From assembly GCA_034430215.1 (NCBI GenBank), contig DAOUFE010000013.1, positions 5,702-69,701 on the forward strand: a DNA stretch of 64,000 bases, read 5' to 3'. The notes beneath the pieces are model-generated. The model was given only the letters and a program-made list of their open reading frames with translations, searched no databases and was not told the DNA's origin. How positions within the stretch are numbered: the first letter of the stretch is position 1; the number at the start of each line of letters is the position of its first letter. The position numbers and the translations under genes are program-made. Of this stretch, positions 61,199-64,000 are shown one piece after another. The stretch comes from Anaerolineaceae bacterium. GTDB taxonomy: Bacteria; Chloroflexota; Anaerolineae; Anaerolineales; Anaerolineaceae.

Positions 61199-63742
61199 AT
61201 GCACAAGACGATGTTCAATTTTGGAAAACTCTTTCTCTATTGCGGGTTGATCTGCACATTCTTATTGCCTCAACCGGTTTTTGCTGATTCAGTGATCAAA
61301 ACCGTAGATATCGTCCAGGTGGATTCAACCAAATTCCCAGATGTGACCCTGACCGTCAATCTGCTGGATTCCGCACGTACGCCGGTGACCCAGCTTGACA
61401 GTAGCAGTCTGATCCTGAAGGAAGACGATGTTCAATTGCCATATACATTCGTTTCTTCAAAAAGAGGGGTGAATGTTGTTCTGGTGATGGATATCAACTA
61501 TGCAGTTGGTAAAACGGGATTATCCGGGAAAGCCATTATGGCTGAAATGCGAGATGCCGCGCTGGCTTTTGTTCAAACCGTACAACCTGCAGATGCGGTA
61601 GAACTTGTCACCGTGATCGGAAATGAAGTCGATGTTGCACAGACTTTCACCAATGATTCGACTATATTAACCAATAAGATCAACGGGATGAAATATGAAA
61701 ATGCCTCCAACACATCTTATGCATTGGCAGGAGTATGCCAGGCGATTACTAACCTGGATGATGCTTACTCCAATCCAGCCCCCAAGATTGTTATCCTTCT
61801 TACCCCTGATCTGCAACAAAATACTGCCGGATGCCTAACCACGGATGTACCTGCCAAAGCTCGCAAAGGTGAAATCTGGGTGCATACCATTATGATGGGA
61901 AACGAAGATCCAATTGGATTGGACACAATGGCAGAGAGCACAGGCGGAAAATTCATCCGCTATACCAGTGCCAGTGATGTGAACGCCCTCTATTCACAAA
62001 TCGATCTTTTACGCCAGCAGTATCAATTGACATATCGAACAAAATCAGCCAGCCCAAGCGAAAGAACCGTATCATTGGTGGTCAGTCCCGAAACCAGTTC
62101 TTCACCGAATGATAGTATGACCTTTACTGTTAAACCTTCACCGCAGGCTCCCGCTATTAGTGGCATCGTTGCCAATGAAGGAAGCCCTATCATTCGGACA
62201 GCACCTGAATCAGATAGCTCCACCGATGATGCAACTCCCACCCAGGTACCCGTGAAAGCATCTGTCAGCTTCCCGGATGGTTATAATCGTAGCCTGACAG
62301 GCGCCCAAATTGAAGTAGACGGTGTACCTCTTGGAGATATGATCATTGCAGATGATGGCAGTCTCAGCTTCACATGGGATATTCGCGGTTACTTCACCGC
62401 AGGTGAAAATACCGCCCGCATAAAGATCATCGTTCAGGATGAGCTGGGCATGGAAAACAGCGCGGAAACCGACATTCCCATTGAAGTAAACATTCCTGGC
62501 GCTTCCAATCAGTTCTGCCTGGAAGTTCAAAATTGGAAAGTGGTCGGTGAGTATTTATATGAACCATGTGTCAAATACAACATCACCGCCGATAAAGCCA
62601 CGAACATAGGAATCACCCTGGGAGCATCGGTGTTGGGCATCTTAGCCCTGATCGTGATCATCATTCTGTTAATCTCCAATCGCAAAGCAGTGGTGAAAGC
62701 CAGCAAGAAGATGGGTGCAGGTGTTTCCACTATCGCTTCACGGATGACCCAACGAATCGGTGCCGGAGCAGGACCAAAGCAGCCACGTGCACAACTTGAA
62801 GTTCTTGCAGGTGGGCAGGTTGGCAAGAAGTATGACTTGTATGGGAAAACCACTATCGGTCGTGATCCAGAAAAAAGCCAGATGACGCTAGATAATCCAC
62901 TGGTCAGCCGGGCACATTGTACATTTCATTTGGATATGAACGCCGGCAAATGGACGCTCGAAGACCTTGAAAGCGCCAATGGTACCTACCTGAACAGCTT
63001 GCTATTACCACCTCATCAACCGCGTGAACTAAAAAATGGCGATACACTCGACCTGGCTCCCATCCCTAAGGGTGGTATACGCTTCCGATTTATCATCCTG
63101 GTACAACCTATGTCAACCGTTACGTTGAAACAGGGTCAGGTACCAGATCCCTATGCAACACAAAATCCGTATGCGACACGCAAAGGAACAGTACCTCCTC
63201 AAACACCACCAACAGGAGCACCAACGACACCGAACGTTCCTCCACATGTACCAACCGCCGGTGTACCTACCGTACCTCAACAACCGGGCGCACCCACCGC
63301 TCCAAGACCGCAGGGGGTACCAACCATACCTCAGCAGCCCGGCGTACCGACCATACCTCAACAACCGGGTGTTCCTACGGTTCCAAGACCACAGGGTGTA
63401 CCAACCATCCCGCAACAACCTGGCGTACCCACTGTTCCAAGACCACAGGGTGTACCTACCATTCCACAACAACCAGGTGTGCCAACCATACCTCAACAAC
63501 CGGGGGTACCCACCGTGCCAAGACCGCAGAGCGTACCAACCATCCCGCAGCAGCCAGCACCACCTACCGTGCCCAACCAACCAGCGCCGCCAACCATACC
63601 GAACCAACCCGCGCCGCCTACAGTGCCAACACCTCCACAGCAGCAACCTCCGGCTGGACCTTATCCACCACAGCCTAATCAGCCGCCAAAACCTACCAAA
63701 CCAGATGTTTTATGGCCACCGCCGCCGGAACAGAAACCTTAA
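61199..63742 (+). CDS. vWA-like / TM / FHA-domain protein with proline-rich repeat tail
   Basis: Signal sequence and a vWA-like fold (VVLVMDINYA ... without a canonical DxSxS MIDAS). There is a TM helix (LGASVLGILALIVIIILLI) and an FHA domain (TIGRDPEKSQMTLDNPLVSRAHC ... LESANGTYLN). AGGGAG RBS precedes the ATG at 61199. Confidence 0.75.
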   Translation: MHKTMFNFGKLFLYCGLICTFLLPQPVFADSVIKTVDIVQVDSTKFPDVTLTVNLLDSARTPVTQLDSSSLILKEDDVQLPYTFVSSKRGVNVVLVMDINYAVGKTGLSGKAIMAEMRDAALAFVQTVQPADAVELVTVIGNEVDVAQTFTNDSTILTNKINGMKYENASNTSYALAGVCQAITNLDDAYSNPAPKIVILLTPDLQQNTAGCLTTDVPAKARKGEIWVHTIMMGNEDPIGLDTMAESTGGKFIRYTSASDVNALYSQIDLLRQQYQLTYRTKSASPSERTVSLVVSPETSSSPNDSMTFTVKPSPQAPAISGIVANEGSPIIRTAPESDSSTDDATPTQVPVKASVSFPDGYNRSLTGAQIEVDGVPLGDMIIADDGSLSFTWDIRGYFTAGENTARIKIIVQDELGMENSAETDIPIEVNIPGASNQFCLEVQNWKVVGEYLYEPCVKYNITADKATNIGITLGASVLGILALIVIIILLISNRKAVVKASKKMGAGVSTIASRMTQRIGAGAGPKQPRAQLEVLAGGQVGKKYDLYGKTTIGRDPEKSQMTLDNPLVSRAHCTFHLDMNAGKWTLEDLESANGTYLNSLLLPPHQPRELKNGDTLDLAPIPKGGIRFRFIILVQPMSTVTLKQGQVPDPYATQNPYATRKGTVPPQTPPTGAPTTPNVPPHVPTAGVPTVPQQPGAPTAPRPQGVPTIPQQPGVPTIPQQPGVPTVPRPQGVPTIPQQPGVPTVPRPQGVPTIPQQPGVPTIPQQPGVPTVPRPQSVPTIPQQPAPPTVPNQPAPPTIPNQPAPPTVPTPPQQQPPAGPYPPQPNQPPKPTKPDVLWPPPPEQKP
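63260..63630 (+). repeat. coding tandem repeat, about 13-14 copies of a 27-nt / 9-aa unit (GVPT[IV]P[QR][QP][PQ])
   Basis: The periodic GVPTIPQQP / GVPTVPRPQ units can be read directly in the translation. Confidence 0.85.
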
Positions 63743-63753
63743 GAATGAATTCA

Positions 63754-63782
63754 GGGTCTGATGAAAAGTCAGACCCTTTTTA
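63754..63782 (+). terminator. intrinsic terminator
   Basis: 8-bp stem gggtctga / tcagaccc with a 7-nt loop, followed by tttttaattt. It begins 12 nt after the stop. Confidence 0.8.
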
Positions 63783-64000
63783 ATTTACCAGCCCGCACTA
63801 TTGCATCGGATTCCAAACGGCATTTAGTGTAATTAAAAGTGCTGAAAAGTGTGATTTTCGATTTAAGAAAGGTGGAAAAACGCAGATTAAAGCGCCAGTG
63901 TCTTTTGAAAAAGTGATTCATGATCCTTAATGACCAGGTACAATTTTTCAACAGCTTATGGTAATGATATACTTTATCCATCAAATTCCTGGAGTGAAGA

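Noticed and set aside
63113-63761. Long ORFs 63113-63646 (-) and 63153-63761 (+) overlap the end of the vWA/FHA gene.
   Set aside because: They are Trp/Arg- or Tyr/Gln-rich translations of the proline-rich repeat in other frames. This is an artefact of periodic, stop-poor repeat DNA.

Overview
This 64-kb segment is densely coding on both strands. I can support about 60 protein-coding genes. I found no rRNA, tRNA, CRISPR array, transposase or integrase. All calls come from reading the ORF track and the sequence by eye; no searches were run and family names rest on motifs I recognise. The gene style suggests a Chloroflexota/Anaerolineae-like bacterium: moderate GC, two ECF sigma/anti-sigma modules, TolB-like PD40 propeller proteins, Thr/Pro-rich linkers, an LCP protein and HlyD+MacB-type exporters. 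That taxonomic guess is inference only. Layout: (1) 1-4.2 kb holds an aminotransferase fragment, an MFS transporter, an FGGY kinase and a DUF72 gene. (2) 4.2-4.9 kb is a repeat-packed spacer. (3) 4.9-18.3 kb holds an AbrB-regulated ABC-2 exporter, a nitrilase-family gene, ECF sigma plus propeller anti-sigma, a ClC channel, a GNAT, and a five-gene ECF sigma/anti-sigma/ABC-2 operon. (4) 18.6-24.3 kb holds an AKR, an ABM-like protein, a YgeY-like M20 hydrolase, a PD40 lipoprotein and a DUF362 gene. (5) 24.3-30.7 kb looks accessory: a decayed nucleotidyltransferase, two alpha/beta hydrolases, a racemase, a GNAT, a nucleoside phosphorylase, a CAT-family acetyltransferase, hairpin repeats and a GIY-YIG cassette. 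(6) 30.9-42 kb holds an orphan AmmeMemoRadiSam radical SAM enzyme, a J-domain membrane protein, an SLT-like protein, a CPA2 antiporter, an LCP protein and a sugar nucleotidyltransferase/aminotransferase operon. (7) 42.2-46.8 kb is a pyrimidine operon (pyrC, pyrB, fused pyrF-pyrE) with a promoter plus leader terminator, followed by an M48 protease. (8) 47.1-56.5 kb is a six-gene exporter operon with three tandem HlyD-type adaptor paralogs, plus a divergent two-component system. (9) 56.6-64 kb holds a repeat array, a TGT-family transglycosylase translationally coupled to an ArmA/Rmt-type 16S rRNA methyltransferase, a flavodoxin-like protein, a PhzF-like protein, a polysaccharide deacetylase and a vWA-TM-FHA protein with a proline-rich repeat tail. 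The most interesting candidates are the TGT + m7G1405-methyltransferase pair, the inverted-repeat-bounded GIY-YIG cassette with a gene-free copy of the repeat 2 kb away, the two loci of 85-bp tandem repeats, the triple-adaptor exporter, and the pyr leader attenuator.
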